From: Myxococcota bacterium
GTDB lineage: Bacteria > Myxococcota_A > Polyangia > Polyangiales > Sandaracinaceae
Assembly (NCBI GenBank): GCA_036149055.1
Contig: JAYZQJ010000033.1
Span: 120,794 to 184,793 of the forward strand
Length of the DNA stretch: 64,000 bases
Direction: 5' to 3'
In this document: positions 1-10,321 of the stretch, piece after piece
How the letters are laid out: the number at the start of each line of letters is the position of its first letter
Position numbering within the stretch: position 1 is the first letter of the stretch
Notes under the pieces: model-generated
Told to the model about the DNA's origin: nothing
Database searches by the model: none
The model's input: only the letters and a program-made list of their open reading frames with translations
Translations under genes and position numbers: made by a program

Positions 1-3000
1 TCGCGGCGGCACTCGCCGCGGGTCTCGGCCTCGGCGGCGGCCCGCAGGATGGGGTGCGCGAGGGTGGCCCCGGCCACCGCCGCTGCCGCCTCGATCTCGT
101 CGGGGGGCGCGTCGAGCAGCCGGCCCTGATGCCGCGCCATCGCCAGCACCTGGGGCGGCTCCGCGTCGAGCGCGCACTCGGCGAGCACCGCGTGCACCAG
201 CGTGCCGAAGCGCTTGCCGCCCGGCCGGGTCGCGCGCGCGCCCTCGACCTCGACCAGCTTCGGCGCGTGGGTCGTCGCCTCGACCTCGTGGGCGACCGCG
301 GTGACCGGCCGGACCCTCCAGCTGGCGCGGGCGCCGCGCTCGAGCGTCGCGTCGCGGGCCGCGACCCAGGCCAGGTGCGCCTCGACCCGCGCCGCGCCGC
401 GCCCCTCGCCGTCGTCCGGCGCCAGCAGCGCGGTGCGGCGGAGGCCGCCGCGCGGGACCCGCCCGAGCTCGAGGGTCGCGGGGTCCCACCACACCACCTC
501 GTGGTCACCGAGGCGGTGCAGGCCCGGCCGGACCGACGCCTCCGTGCCCTTCTTCGGGTCGGGGCCCCGATCGAGCACGCTGTCCTCGCCGAAGTCGGGG
601 CAGCCGGGGGCGGGCTCGGACGCGCGCCGCGCCTCGAACGCCGGATGCAGCGCGCGGTGCAGGGGGTCCACCCAGCCGGGCTGCGCCTCGTCGCCCACGC
701 AGGGCACCACCAGCAGCTCCCGCGCGCGGGTCGCGGCGACGTAGGTGAGCCGGACCTCCTCGGCCGCGTCCGCCTCGAGCACCTGCTCGGCGTGCTCGGT
801 CAGCTCCACCGGGGCGCAGCCCGCGAGCGGCGCGGCCCAGAGCTTGGCCGCCGAGTCCACGTACCGCGAGGGCCGCCGGTTGGTCACGCCGTGGATCGGG
901 TCGCAGAGGATCACCACCGGGAACTCGAGGCCCTTGGCCTTGTGCACCGTCATCAGGCGCACCCCCGCCGCGCGCTCCTCGACCACCGGGGCGTCGACGC
1001 CCTCGCCGCGGGCCAGCTTGTCCTCGAGCTGCTCGGTGAAGGCGCGGAAGCTCGCCGTGCCCTGCGCCTCCGCGCTCCGGGCGAGCTCGAGCACCCGCAG
1101 CACGTTGGCGAGGGCCTGCTCGCCGTTCGGCCAGTTGGCGACCCCGGCGTGGGCGCGGGTCGCGTCGAGGAAGCGCGCGAGGGTGTCGGCGATCGGGCGG
1201 CGGTTGCGCTGCCAGTGGAGCTCGCGCAGCGTCTCGAGGGCGTCGGCGACCGGCGAGCGCTCGGCGCCCCAGAGGGCCTCCGCCGGGTGCACGAGCGGGT
1301 TGAGCGGGCCCTGCGTCTCCCGGTGCAGGAGCAGCTCCTCGTCGCTGATGCCGAAGAACGGCCCGCGCAAGGTCGCGTACACGCTGAGCCCGTCCGACGG
1401 ATGCTCGATCGCGCGGAGCGCGGCGGCGAGCGCGAGCACCTCCTCGCGGTCGTGGAAGGCGCGCCCGCCGACCAGCACGTGGGCCAGCCCGCGGGCCTCG
1501 AGCGCCTGCACGTAGGGCGCGAGGAGGCTGCGCCCCCAGCTCGTCGTGCTCCGGAACAGGAGGCAGATGTCCCGCGACTCGAGCGCGCGCGGCTCGCCGG
1601 TGATCGGATCGTCCACCCGCCAGCCGCTCTCGTTCAGGAGCCAGTCGCAGAAGGCGCCGGTCGCGTCGGCCGCGCTGTCCGACACCGCGTATTTGTAGAT
1701 CTTGCCCCAGCGCCCGTAGGGCCGCGGCACCGAGAGGGCCACGACCGAGGGGCGCCCGTCGGGGGGCGGCCGGTGCTCGCCGAGCGGCACGTAGCGGGCC
1801 TGCGCGCCGGTCTCGGAGCCCTGCATGATCGGCGCGAAGGCGGCGTTGATCGCGCGCTGGATGTCCGGGCGGGCGCGGAAGCTGGTGCTCAGCTCGAGGT
1901 GCACGACGCCCTGCGCCACCAGGCGCTCCTTGATGCGCTCGTAGAGCGAGACGTCGGCGCGGCGGAACCGGTAGATCGACTGCTTCGGGTCGCCGACGAC
2001 GAAGAGCTTGCCCGGGGCCGGCGGCGGCGCGCCCTCGGCCAGCATGCCGTCCGCGGGCACGTCTCCGTCGGTGGCGAGCATCAGCAGGATCTCGGCCTGC
2101 AGCGGGTCGGTGTCCTGGAACTCGTCGACGAAGAAGTAGGCGAAGCGGGCGCGCAGCTCGGCCCGCACCGAGGCGTCGGCCTGGATGAGGTCGCGCGCGC
2201 GGATGAGCAGGTCGAGGAAGTCGAGCGTGCCGCTCCGCGCCTTGAGCTGCTCGTAGGCGTCGACCACCGGGCGCAGGTCGCGGGCGAGCACCGGGGCGAG
2301 GTCGGCGCCGGCGCGCTCGAGGAAGCGGTCGAGCTCCTCGGCGAGCGCGTCGCGGCGGGCGAGCACGTCCTGGCGCAGCAGCCCCTCGCCGTACCACTGC
2401 CCGAACCAGCGGTGCTTCCAGATCTCGCGGTCGGTGCGGAGGTCGTAGAGCTCGGCCTCGAGGCCGTCGTGGTCGCGGGCGCGGATCTCCTCGCGCGCGT
2501 CGAGCTCGGCGAGCCAGCGGCCGAGCCGCGAGAGGTTGTGGGCGAGCTTGTCGTTCGGGGCGCTCGCGAGCTCGGCGAGGGCGGCGACGCCGCGGATCGA
2601 CTCCACGCACGTGTCGATGGCGGCGTCGCGATCCCAGGGATCCCGGCGCCACTCCGCCGGGTGGTCGCGGCGCCCCACCAGATCGCGCGCCGCCTTGAGC
2701 AGCTGCGCGCGCGGCCCCCCTCGTCGACGGAGCACCCGGCGCACGCCCTCCGGCGGGTCGGCGAGGGTGCGCTCGAACCAGCGCGAGAAGGCCCGGCCGA
2801 TGAGCCCCGCCTCCTGGTCGTCGGTGAGCAGCTCGAGCGCCGGATCGACGCCGGCCTCGACCGGGCGCTCGCGCAACAGATCGGCGCAGAACGCGTGGAT
2901 GGTGCCGATGCGCGCCGCCTCGAGCTCGGCGAGCGCGGCCTCGAAGCGCGCGCGCTCCTCCGGGTCCTCGGCCTCGGCGCGGGCGCGCTCGAGCTCGGCG

Positions 3001-3203
3001 CGGAGCCGCAGCTTCATCTCGCCCGACGCCTTCTCGGTGAAGGTGACGGCGACGATCTCCTCGAGCCGCGCCCTCCCGCGGCGGAGGATCGCGATCATGC
3101 GCCCGATGAGCGCGGTGGTCTTGCCGGTCCCGGCCGCCGCCTCCACCACGAGGCTGACGTCGAGATCCTCGGCGATGCGTCGGCGCGCCTCCGCGTCTCT
3201 CAT
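1..3203 (-). CDS. addA: AddA-like ATP-dependent helicase/nuclease subunit A (UvrD family), 3' end runs off the window
   Basis: Not in the ORF track because there is no stop in the window. Reading from ATG at 3203 gives MRDAEARRRIAEDLDVSLVVEAAAGTGKTT (Walker A), then VAVTFTEKA, TIHAFC, VDEFQDTDP, VGDPKQSIYRFRRAD, MTVHKAKGLEF, YVAATRARE and the nuclease-domain start FGTLVHAVL. ATGA overlap with the addB stop. Confidence 0.93.
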   Translation of the reverse strand, partial: MRDAEARRRIAEDLDVSLVVEAAAGTGKTTALIGRMIAILRRGRARLEEIVAVTFTEKASGEMKLRLRAELERARAEAEDPEERARFEAALAELEAARIGTIHAFCADLLRERPVEAGVDPALELLTDDQEAGLIGRAFSRWFERTLADPPEGVRRVLRRRGGPRAQLLKAARDLVGRRDHPAEWRRDPWDRDAAIDTCVESIRGVAALAELASAPNDKLAHNLSRLGRWLAELDAREEIRARDHDGLEAELYDLRTDREIWKHRWFGQWYGEGLLRQDVLARRDALAEELDRFLERAGADLAPVLARDLRPVVDAYEQLKARSGTLDFLDLLIRARDLIQADASVRAELRARFAYFFVDEFQDTDPLQAEILLMLATDGDVPADGMLAEGAPPPAPGKLFVVGDPKQSIYRFRRADVSLYERIKERLVAQGVVHLELSTSFRARPDIQRAINAAFAPIMQGSETGAQARYVPLGEHRPPPDGRPSVVALSVPRPYGRWGKIYKYAVSDSAADATGAFCDWLLNESGWRVDDPITGEPRALESRDICLLFRSTTSWGRSLLAPYVQALEARGLAHVLVGGRAFHDREEVLALAAALRAIEHPSDGLSVYATLRGPFFGISDEELLLHRETQGPLNPLVHPAEALWGAERSPVADALETLRELHWQRNRRPIADTLARFLDATRAHAGVANWPNGEQALANVLRVLELARSAEAQGTASFRAFTEQLEDKLARGEGVDAPVVEERAAGVRLMTVHKAKGLEFPVVILCDPIHGVTNRRPSRYVDSAAKLWAAPLAGCAPVELTEHAEQVLEADAAEEVRLTYVAATRARELLVVPCVGDEAQPGWVDPLHRALHPAFEARRASEPAPGCPDFGEDSVLDRGPDPKKGTEASVRPGLHRLGDHEVVWWDPATLELGRVPRGGLRRTALLAPDDGEGRGAARVEAHLAWVAARDATLERGARASWRVRPVTAVAHEVEATTHAPKLVEVEGARATRPGGKRFGTLVHAVLAECALDAEPPQVLAMARHQGRLLDAPPDEIEAAAAVAGATLAHPILRAAAEAETRGECRR

Positions 3204-6200
3204 GGCTGCTTCCTCAGCTTCTTCAGCGGCCCGAGGTGTCGGTGCGCCCGGACCTTGCGCGCGGTGCGGTGCGCCTCCTTGGGCCCGCACACCGCGCGGT
3301 AGTCGCAGCGGTCGCAGGCCTTCTCCTCCGGCAGCGCCGGGAAGAAGCCCTCCTCGAAGGCGTGGCTCAGGGTCTCGACCAGCACCCCGATCGCGCGCCG
3401 CGCCCGCTCGTCGAGCGGCACCCCGCGGGACTCGAAGCGCCCCTTGGCCGTGCACCAGTAGAGGCGCCCTCCCCCCACCGTGCGACCCGGGTAGAGCTCC
3501 TCGAGCGCCCGCGCGTAGAGCACCGGCTGGAGGGTGCGGCCGCCCTCGATCACGCCGTGCAGCGCGCGGGCGGCGCCGGTCTTGTGATCGGTCGCCCGGA
3601 GCACGCCGTCGCGCTCCTCCACCAGATCGATCGCGCCCCGCAGGCGCAGCCCCTCGGCGAGCTCCACCGGCGCCTCCCGGCTCGCGGGATCGCGCTCCTC
3701 GGTCTTCGGCAGCCCGAAGCCGAGCTCGAAGCCGACCGGGACCCAGTCCGGGCGCTCGGCCGCGCGCACGAGCCACTCCGCGAGGTCGCTGCGCAGGTCG
3801 GTCACCGCGTCGCGCCACACCCGCTCGATGGCCGGCGCGTGCTCCTCGACGAAGCGAGCCTCGACCTCCTCGATCACGTCCTCGAGCACCGCGCGGGCCT
3901 GCTCGAGCCGCGCCTCGGTCACCGGGAGGAGGCCGCCATCGCGCAGCCGACCGAGGCAACGGAACTGGACCTCGTGGATGAATCGGCCCCGGGTCGCCGG
4001 GTCGAGTGACTCGATCGCCTCCGGCTCCTCGCGCGGCTCGAGGCGCATCACGGCGTCGAGGTAGAAGCGATAGGGGCAGGCGGCGAGCTGCTCGAGCGCG
4101 GTGGCGCTGAAGGCGCGGGCGGAGGGCAGGTGCTTGGCCAGCGCCGCGCGCGCCTCGTCCGACGCGTTGACGAGCCCGTCCGAACGCGACCACTTCCCTT
4201 CCCATCGCGCATAGCGCGCGCGCAGGGCTCGGCCGAGGTGCGGGTTGGCCTGCACGAGGTAGCTCGCCGCGCCGACGACCTCCTTCGGGTCGTCCTCGGC
4301 GAGGAGCTCGTGCAGCACCGCGAGGTCGTACTCCGCCGCGTCGATCGCGCGCGCCGGATCCTCGGGCGCGGGCCAGGCCATGCGCGCCCGGCCGGCGTCC
4401 TCGGCCCGGGCCGCGAGCCGCTCGAAGCTCGGCAGGGTGCCCTCGACCGCGCGCACGACCTCGAGCGCGTAGAACGAGGGGACCCGGGGCCGGCCGCGCT
4501 CGGTGTCGAGGCGCGGATAGGAGAGCACCACCGCCTCCTCGGCCGCGCCGATCGCAAGCCGCAGCGCCAGCCGCTCGGCCTGCACGCGATCCTCGCCGGT
4601 GGCCAGCTCCGGCCCGAGCGCCTCGCGCACCGCGTCGAGCGCGATGGGATCCTCCGACAGCTTCTTCGGGAAGATCTTCTCGGCGAGCCCCGGGACGAAC
4701 ACCCGGGCGAAGCCGAGCCCGCGCGCCTCGGCGGTGGAGGCGACGTAGAGCTTGCCGGCGGTGGCCGAGCCCGGCCGCTCGACCATCTCGGTGAGCCGCC
4801 GGGAGAGCACGAGGTGCACCTCGGTGAGCCCCACCGGGCCGATCGGCGCCATCGGCGCGAGCTCCCGCAGCACGGCGTGCACCCGCTCGGGCCGACGGAT
4901 CGCGCGGGCCGCGAGCGCCTCGAGGCGCCCGATCCACTCGCCCCAGGTCGCCTGCTCGGGCAGCGCCTCGAGCGCCTCGAGCAAGGGCAGGGCGAAGTCC
5001 CGGAGGTGGCCGAGATCGCGGCGCTGCCGGCGCACCGACGCGGCGGCCGGGGCCTCCGGATCCTCGAGGCGCGCCTCGCGCTCGGCGAGGGTGCGCTCGA
5101 GGCCGTCGAGCCGGCGGCGCCAGCGGGCCGCGCCCCCGATCACCGCCGCGTCCACCAGCAGCCGCTCCCAGCGCCACGGCGCGCGCAGGGTGCCGCGCAC
5201 GACCGGCGCCTCCGGGTCCCAGCCGCCATCGTCCTCGGGCTCGTCCGGCTCCTCGAAGGGGACGGGGATCACCTCGTCCTCGGGGGGACGCCAGGCCGCC
5301 TCCGCCTCCTCGGGCGGCGCGCCGTCGTCGCCCGCGTCCGGGACGACGCCGAGCGAGAGGTACTCGGAGAAGGCGCGGGCGCTCAGGCCCTCCTCGCGGC
5401 AGGCGAGCAGCGCCAGGAGCGCGCGGCCGGTGGGATCGGGCCGGACGGTGCCCCGGGAGAAGCACGCCGGGATGCGCGCGCGGCGCAGGGCCTCGACGAG
5501 GTGCGCGCGGTAGCGCTCGGGGGCGTGGGTGAGCACGGCCATCCGGTCGAAGGGCAGCCCCTCGTCCGCCGCCTCGAGCACGCGGCGAGCGATCTCGACG
5601 CACTCGCGGCTCTCCCCGGGCGCGCTGAAGAGCTCGACCGTCTCGTCCATCTCTCCGCGCGCCGCGACGTCGGCGAAGAGCTGGTCGCGCAGCCGGTCGA
5701 GCGCGCGGGCGCCGGCCGGTCGCTCGAGCGGCGCGGGCTCGCACCCGAGCGCGCGGGAGAGCCGCCGGAGCGCGGCCGCGTCACCGCTCGGGGAGATCGC
5801 CCGCACCGCGCCGCGGGCCGCGAGCGCGGCGACCAGCCGGGCCTCGAGCGCGTGGGCGAGCGGCGCGTCGAGGAGCAGGGTCGGCGCGTCGAGCAGGGGA
5901 TGGCCGGCCGGGTCCTCGGCCCGGGCGACGGCGGCCCGCAGCACGTCGGCGCGGTCGGCGATGCCGGCCCGGGACAGCTCCCGGCGGAAGAGCGCGTGGA
6001 GGCGGCCGAGGTCCGCCGGCAGCGCCGCCTCGTCGATCTCGGCCAGGCCGATCTCGGTGAAGGTCCGGGCCAGCGCCCGCGGGAGCCCGGGCCGATCGGC
6101 GACCCGCGCGTAGCGCCCGAGCGCGCCCTCGTCGCGCGCGAGGTGGACCATGCGGGCGCACATCGCCTCGAGCACCAGCGGGGTCGCCTGGGCCAGCCCC

Positions 6201-6457
6201 TGGGCCGCGAGCCGGGTCGCGCCGAGCCGGGCGGCGAGCTCGGTCAGCGTCACGCGCTGCCAGCCGAACGCGGCCGGCCGCCCCTCCGCCGCCCGCCGGA
6301 GCAGGCGCGAGCCGGCCTCGAGCGTGGGCGCGACGACGAGGAGCGGCGCCGCGGGCGAGTGCCCCGCGATCCAGGCCGCGGCCGCGCGCAGCCGGGTCTC
6401 GGCGTCGGGGGCGTGAAGCAATGCGTGGCGGGGATCGTCGGTCACTTCGTCGGACAC
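3200..6457 (-). CDS. addB: AddB-like helicase/nuclease subunit B with C-terminal PD-(D/E)xK nuclease
   Basis: FSATALEQLAACPYRFY...LRGAIDLVE...DHKTG and C-terminal CDRCDYRAVC (Fe-S staple Cys pattern). Coupled to addA. Confidence 0.88.
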   Translation of the reverse strand: MSDEVTDDPRHALLHAPDAETRLRAAAAWIAGHSPAAPLLVVAPTLEAGSRLLRRAAEGRPAAFGWQRVTLTELAARLGATRLAAQGLAQATPLVLEAMCARMVHLARDEGALGRYARVADRPGLPRALARTFTEIGLAEIDEAALPADLGRLHALFRRELSRAGIADRADVLRAAVARAEDPAGHPLLDAPTLLLDAPLAHALEARLVAALAARGAVRAISPSGDAAALRRLSRALGCEPAPLERPAGARALDRLRDQLFADVAARGEMDETVELFSAPGESRECVEIARRVLEAADEGLPFDRMAVLTHAPERYRAHLVEALRRARIPACFSRGTVRPDPTGRALLALLACREEGLSARAFSEYLSLGVVPDAGDDGAPPEEAEAAWRPPEDEVIPVPFEEPDEPEDDGGWDPEAPVVRGTLRAPWRWERLLVDAAVIGGAARWRRRLDGLERTLAEREARLEDPEAPAAASVRRQRRDLGHLRDFALPLLEALEALPEQATWGEWIGRLEALAARAIRRPERVHAVLRELAPMAPIGPVGLTEVHLVLSRRLTEMVERPGSATAGKLYVASTAEARGLGFARVFVPGLAEKIFPKKLSEDPIALDAVREALGPELATGEDRVQAERLALRLAIGAAEEAVVLSYPRLDTERGRPRVPSFYALEVVRAVEGTLPSFERLAARAEDAGRARMAWPAPEDPARAIDAAEYDLAVLHELLAEDDPKEVVGAASYLVQANPHLGRALRARYARWEGKWSRSDGLVNASDEARAALAKHLPSARAFSATALEQLAACPYRFYLDAVMRLEPREEPEAIESLDPATRGRFIHEVQFRCLGRLRDGGLLPVTEARLEQARAVLEDVIEEVEARFVEEHAPAIERVWRDAVTDLRSDLAEWLVRAAERPDWVPVGFELGFGLPKTEERDPASREAPVELAEGLRLRGAIDLVEERDGVLRATDHKTGAARALHGVIEGGRTLQPVLYARALEELYPGRTVGGGRLYWCTAKGRFESRGVPLDERARRAIGVLVETLSHAFEEGFFPALPEEKACDRCDYRAVCGPKEAHRTARKVRAHRHLGPLKKLRKQP

Positions 6458-6572
6458 CGAGGGGAAGGACGCAGGGGGGTCGTGGGTTCTGACGCCGCGG
6501 CTTGCCGAGAGGGCTGCTCCCTGTGACCATGAGGGCCATCGGGGTGGGAGCGGGGCGCCGGAAGACTCGACT

Positions 6573-8450
6573 ATGGCACTGAACGAAGGTCAAGTCCTCG
6601 CGGGCAAGTACCGCATCGAACGTCTGCTCGGCGAGGGCGGCATGGGCGCCGTCTACGTCGCGACGAACAACGTGCTCCAGCGGCGGGTCGCGCTCAAGGT
6701 CATGAACGAGCGCTTCGCCTCGGTGCCGGCCGCGGTCGAGCGGTTCCACCGCGAGGCGATCGCGGCGTCCAAGGTCAGCCACCCGAGCATCTGCCAGGTC
6801 TTCGACGCGGGGCAGCACGAGGGCAAGCCCTGGATCGCGATGGAGATGCTCGAGGGCGAGAGCCTGGCCGAGCGCATCGAGCGCGGGCCGATGTCGGTGG
6901 ACGAGGTCGTCAAGATGGCGACTGGCTCCCTCAGCGCGCTCGCCGAGGTGCACGACGAGGGCATCGTCCACCGCGACCTGAAGCCGGACAACATCTTCCT
7001 CGCCCGCTCGCGCTCCGGGGACTGGGTGCCGAAGGTGCTCGACTTCGGCGTGGCGAAGGACACGAGCGAAGGCCAGCTCAACAAGCTCACCGCCACCGGC
7101 GCGGTCGTCGGCACCGCCTACTACCTCTCGCCGGAGCAGGCGAAGGGGCTGCCCGACATCGACCCGCGCACCGACGTCTACGCCATGGGGGTCGTGCTCT
7201 ACGAGTGCCTCAGCGGTCACATGCCGTACGAGGCGGAGACGATCACCCAGCTGATCGCGAAGATGTTCACCGAGGAGCCGCGCCCCCTGCACGTGGTGGC
7301 GCCCGACGTCCCCGCGCAGGTGGCCGACGTGGTCAACCGCTGCCTGGCTCAGGAGCGGGACGACCGCTTCCAGACGGCCCGGGAGCTGCTCGCCGCGCTC
7401 GAGGCCGCGGCCCGGGGCGCGTGGGCCGGTCGCTCGAGCCCCGGCGCGTCGATGGCCGGCTCGATGGCCGGTTCCCTGCCCGGCGCGGGGCCGGTCCCGT
7501 CGCAGCCCGGCATCCCGCAGACCGCGCTCGGCGAGGCCCGGGTCGCCACCCAGCCGACCGCGATGCTGCCCGATGGCTTCGCGAGCGGGATGGGGAGCCA
7601 GGTCGCGGGCGGGCCCGCGCCGACCCCGATGCCCGTGCACGCCGCGGCCACGCACAGCGCGATGACGCAGTCCGAAGCCGGCGGCGGCGGCTCCAAGGTG
7701 GGGCTGATCGCGGGGCTCGCGGTGCTGTTCCTCCTGGGCGCAGGCGCCACGGTGGGCGGGGCGTTCTTCTTGCTCGGCGGCGACGAGGACACGGAGGGGG
7801 TCGCGAACGCGGCCGTGCCGTCGACGCCCGCGCCGTCTCGGGTCAGCGCCACGCCCACACCGGAGCCCACGCCGGAGCCCGCGGCCGATCCGACGCCGGC
7901 CGGTGAGGATCCGCCGCCCCAGGCCGCGGCGGCCGCGGACACACCGACCGGCGAGGACGAGGGCGAGGCGGGCGACGAGGACGAGGCCGAAGACGGCCGA
8001 GAGGCGCAGGCCACGGCCCGCCGCCGGGGCCGTCGACGCGGCCGCAGCGCGGTCGCCCAGCGCCCGGAGCCGGAGCCCACGCCGGAGCCGGAGCCCGCGC
8101 GCCCCGAGCCGGCCCCCGAGCCGCGCCCTGCTCCCACCCCGCAGCGCGCGGGCCCCGGGCTGAGCCCCCCGCAGGTGATGGGCGCCATCCAGGGCCGCCT
8201 CGAGTACATGCAGTCGCGTTGCTACGAGCGGCGCCTCCGCCGCGTGCCCGGGCTGCGTGGGGTGGTCACCATCGGCTGGACCGTCGGCCCCGACGGCCGC
8301 GTGCAGGACGCCAACGTCGTGCACAACGGCACCGGGGACGAGTGGCTCGGCCGCTGCGCGCGCAACGTCGTGCGCGACACCCGCTTCCCGGCGGCGGCGA
8401 ACGGCCGCCCCACCCCGGCGCGCTACCCGTTCCGCTTCGACCAGCAGTGA
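6573..8450 (+). CDS. Membrane Ser/Thr protein kinase with C-terminal AgmX/PglI (TonB-C-like) domain
   Basis: GEGGMG, VALK, HRDLKPDN, DFG, DVYAMG; one TM helix; Pro/Glu-rich linker; C-terminal CYERRL...GVVTIGWTVGPDGRV...C...RFP...YPFRF. Confidence 0.9.
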   Translation: MALNEGQVLAGKYRIERLLGEGGMGAVYVATNNVLQRRVALKVMNERFASVPAAVERFHREAIAASKVSHPSICQVFDAGQHEGKPWIAMEMLEGESLAERIERGPMSVDEVVKMATGSLSALAEVHDEGIVHRDLKPDNIFLARSRSGDWVPKVLDFGVAKDTSEGQLNKLTATGAVVGTAYYLSPEQAKGLPDIDPRTDVYAMGVVLYECLSGHMPYEAETITQLIAKMFTEEPRPLHVVAPDVPAQVADVVNRCLAQERDDRFQTARELLAALEAAARGAWAGRSSPGASMAGSMAGSLPGAGPVPSQPGIPQTALGEARVATQPTAMLPDGFASGMGSQVAGGPAPTPMPVHAAATHSAMTQSEAGGGGSKVGLIAGLAVLFLLGAGATVGGAFFLLGGDEDTEGVANAAVPSTPAPSRVSATPTPEPTPEPAADPTPAGEDPPPQAAAAADTPTGEDEGEAGDEDEAEDGREAQATARRRGRRRGRSAVAQRPEPEPTPEPEPARPEPAPEPRPAPTPQRAGPGLSPPQVMGAIQGRLEYMQSRCYERRLRRVPGLRGVVTIGWTVGPDGRVQDANVVHNGTGDEWLGRCARNVVRDTRFPAAANGRPTPARYPFRFDQQ

Positions 8451-10253
8451 TCAACCGGCGACGCGGGCGATCGCGTCGCGGACCTCGGGCGCGCTGAACG
8501 GCTTCTGCAGCACCGGGCCGGCGAAGCGCTTCATGTACTCGCGATCGCGATCGGTGAGCACGCCGCCGGTGATGAAGATCCAGCGATCGCGCAGCGGGGA
8601 GTCCGGCGGCAGGGCGTCGCGCAGCTGGGTGCCGCTCATGTCGGGCATCATCAGGTCGCAGATCACCACGTCGACCTCGCCTTCGGTCGCGGTGAGCAGC
8701 CCCTCGCGGCCGCCGTAGGCGACCTGCACCTCGTGGCGACGAAGGATCCGGCGCAGCGCGGCGCACACGCTCGGCTCGTCGTCCACCACCAGGATGCGCA
8801 GGGGCGCGACCTCGCGCGAGGGCTCGACCGCGAGCGGGTCGTCGACCTGGTCGGCGTCCTCGGTCGCCGGGAGCCACACCCTCACCGTGGTGCCCTCGGC
8901 GGGCGCGCTCTCCACGTCGATGTGGCCGCCGTAGCTCGTCACGATCTGATGCACCATGCTGAGCCCGAGCCCGGTGCCCTCGCCCGGCGGCTTGGTGGTG
9001 TAGAACGGATCGAAGCAGCGGGCGCGCACGTCCTCGGTCATGCCGACCCCGCTGTCGCGCACCTCGAACCAGGCCTGCTCGCCCTGCTGACCGGCGCGGA
9101 GGCTGACGCAGTGCTCCGCGGGGTCACCGGCCGGGATGGCCTGCGCGGCGTTGACGAGCAGGTTGAGCACCACCTGACCGAGGCGCCCCTCGTCGACGAA
9201 CACCGCCGGCTGCCCCTCGTAGCTCCGCTCGAAGCGCGCCACCTTGCGGATGGTGCCGCGGGCGACGCTCACCGCGGCGTCCAGCACGCTCCGGAGCGCG
9301 ACCCGCTGGAGCGTGTCGGCGCGCTGCCGGGCGAGCGAGCTCAGATCGGAGACGATGCGGCGCACCCTTTGCCCGCCGGCGTGGGCCGCCCGGAGCGCCT
9401 CGGCGAGCTCCTCGAGATCGAACGGCGCGTCCTGCTCGATCAGCTCCAGCACGTGCTCCACGTTGGCGAGCACGTAGGCGAGCGGGTTGTTGATCTCGTG
9501 CGCGACCCCGGCGGCGAGCGTGCCGAGCGAGGCCATGCGCTCGGACGCGCGCACCTGCGCCTCCAGCTGCCGCTCCCGGGTCACCTCGCGGCGGATCGCG
9601 ACCATCGCCCGGAGCACGCCGCGCGCGTCGCGCACCGGAGAGACGGTCACCTCCTGGTGGATCCGGCTGCCGTCCTTGCGCCGCGACGTCAGCGGCCCGC
9701 GCCACGCCTTGCCCTGGCGCACGGTCTCCTCGATCGCCGCGTAGTAGGCTGGCGAGTGATCGGTCGTGCGGAGCAGCTCCCCCGGGGTCTTGCCGATCAC
9801 CTCGTCCCGGCTGAAGCCGGTGAGCGCCTCGAACGCCGGGTTGACGTAGCGCAGCCGCGCCTCGTGGTCGGCGAGCTCCACCGACTCGCCGAGGTGGGCG
9901 ACCGCGACCTCGAGCCACGGATCGATCGCGCGCCGGTCGAGGGCGCTCGCCACGCTGACCGCGAGGTGCGCGCTGAGCCGCTCGACCGGCTCGTCGGCGA
10001 AGACGACCACGTGGGCCCCGGTCGCGAGCTGCGCCTTGGCCGTCTCCGGCCGATCGATCACCGCGACCTGCACCCCGGCCAGCCCGCGCGCCTCGCCGCC
10101 CGCGCGCGCGTCGTAGACCCGGATGTCGGCGGGGCCCTCCTCGACCACCGCGAGGCCGCACGGACGGAACGCGGCGCGCAGCCGCTCGCGGAGCGCGGCG
10201 TCTTCGACGTCGAGCCGCACCGAGAGCGAAGCAGGCGTCAGGCGGGTGCCCAT
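8451..10253 (-). CDS. PAS-domain hybrid sensor histidine kinase/response regulator
   Basis: PAS (YVNPAFEALTGFS), H-box AHEINNPL, N-box NLLVNAAQA, DSGVGM, GTGLGL, receiver ILVVDDE...DLMMP...KPF. Confidence 0.92.
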   Translation of the reverse strand: MGTRLTPASLSVRLDVEDAALRERLRAAFRPCGLAVVEEGPADIRVYDARAGGEARGLAGVQVAVIDRPETAKAQLATGAHVVVFADEPVERLSAHLAVSVASALDRRAIDPWLEVAVAHLGESVELADHEARLRYVNPAFEALTGFSRDEVIGKTPGELLRTTDHSPAYYAAIEETVRQGKAWRGPLTSRRKDGSRIHQEVTVSPVRDARGVLRAMVAIRREVTRERQLEAQVRASERMASLGTLAAGVAHEINNPLAYVLANVEHVLELIEQDAPFDLEELAEALRAAHAGGQRVRRIVSDLSSLARQRADTLQRVALRSVLDAAVSVARGTIRKVARFERSYEGQPAVFVDEGRLGQVVLNLLVNAAQAIPAGDPAEHCVSLRAGQQGEQAWFEVRDSGVGMTEDVRARCFDPFYTTKPPGEGTGLGLSMVHQIVTSYGGHIDVESAPAEGTTVRVWLPATEDADQVDDPLAVEPSREVAPLRILVVDDEPSVCAALRRILRRHEVQVAYGGREGLLTATEGEVDVVICDLMMPDMSGTQLRDALPPDSPLRDRWIFITGGVLTDRDREYMKRFAGPVLQKPFSAPEVRDAIARVAG

Positions 10254-10321
10254 TCGCCCGAGAGTGGCACGTTTGAAGGGGATCGCGAGGTCGGGCGGGG
10301 GGACCTTGGTACATTCGGAGG

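Noticed and set aside
54..3302. 1082-aa plus-strand ORF (and 4130-6526)
   Set aside because: Antisense shadows of addA/addB. The motif-bearing frames are on the minus strand, and stop codons are rare at this GC content.
10265..10280. TGGCACG as a sigma-54 -24 box
   Set aside because: No GC at the -12 position (TGGCACGTTTGAAGGG).
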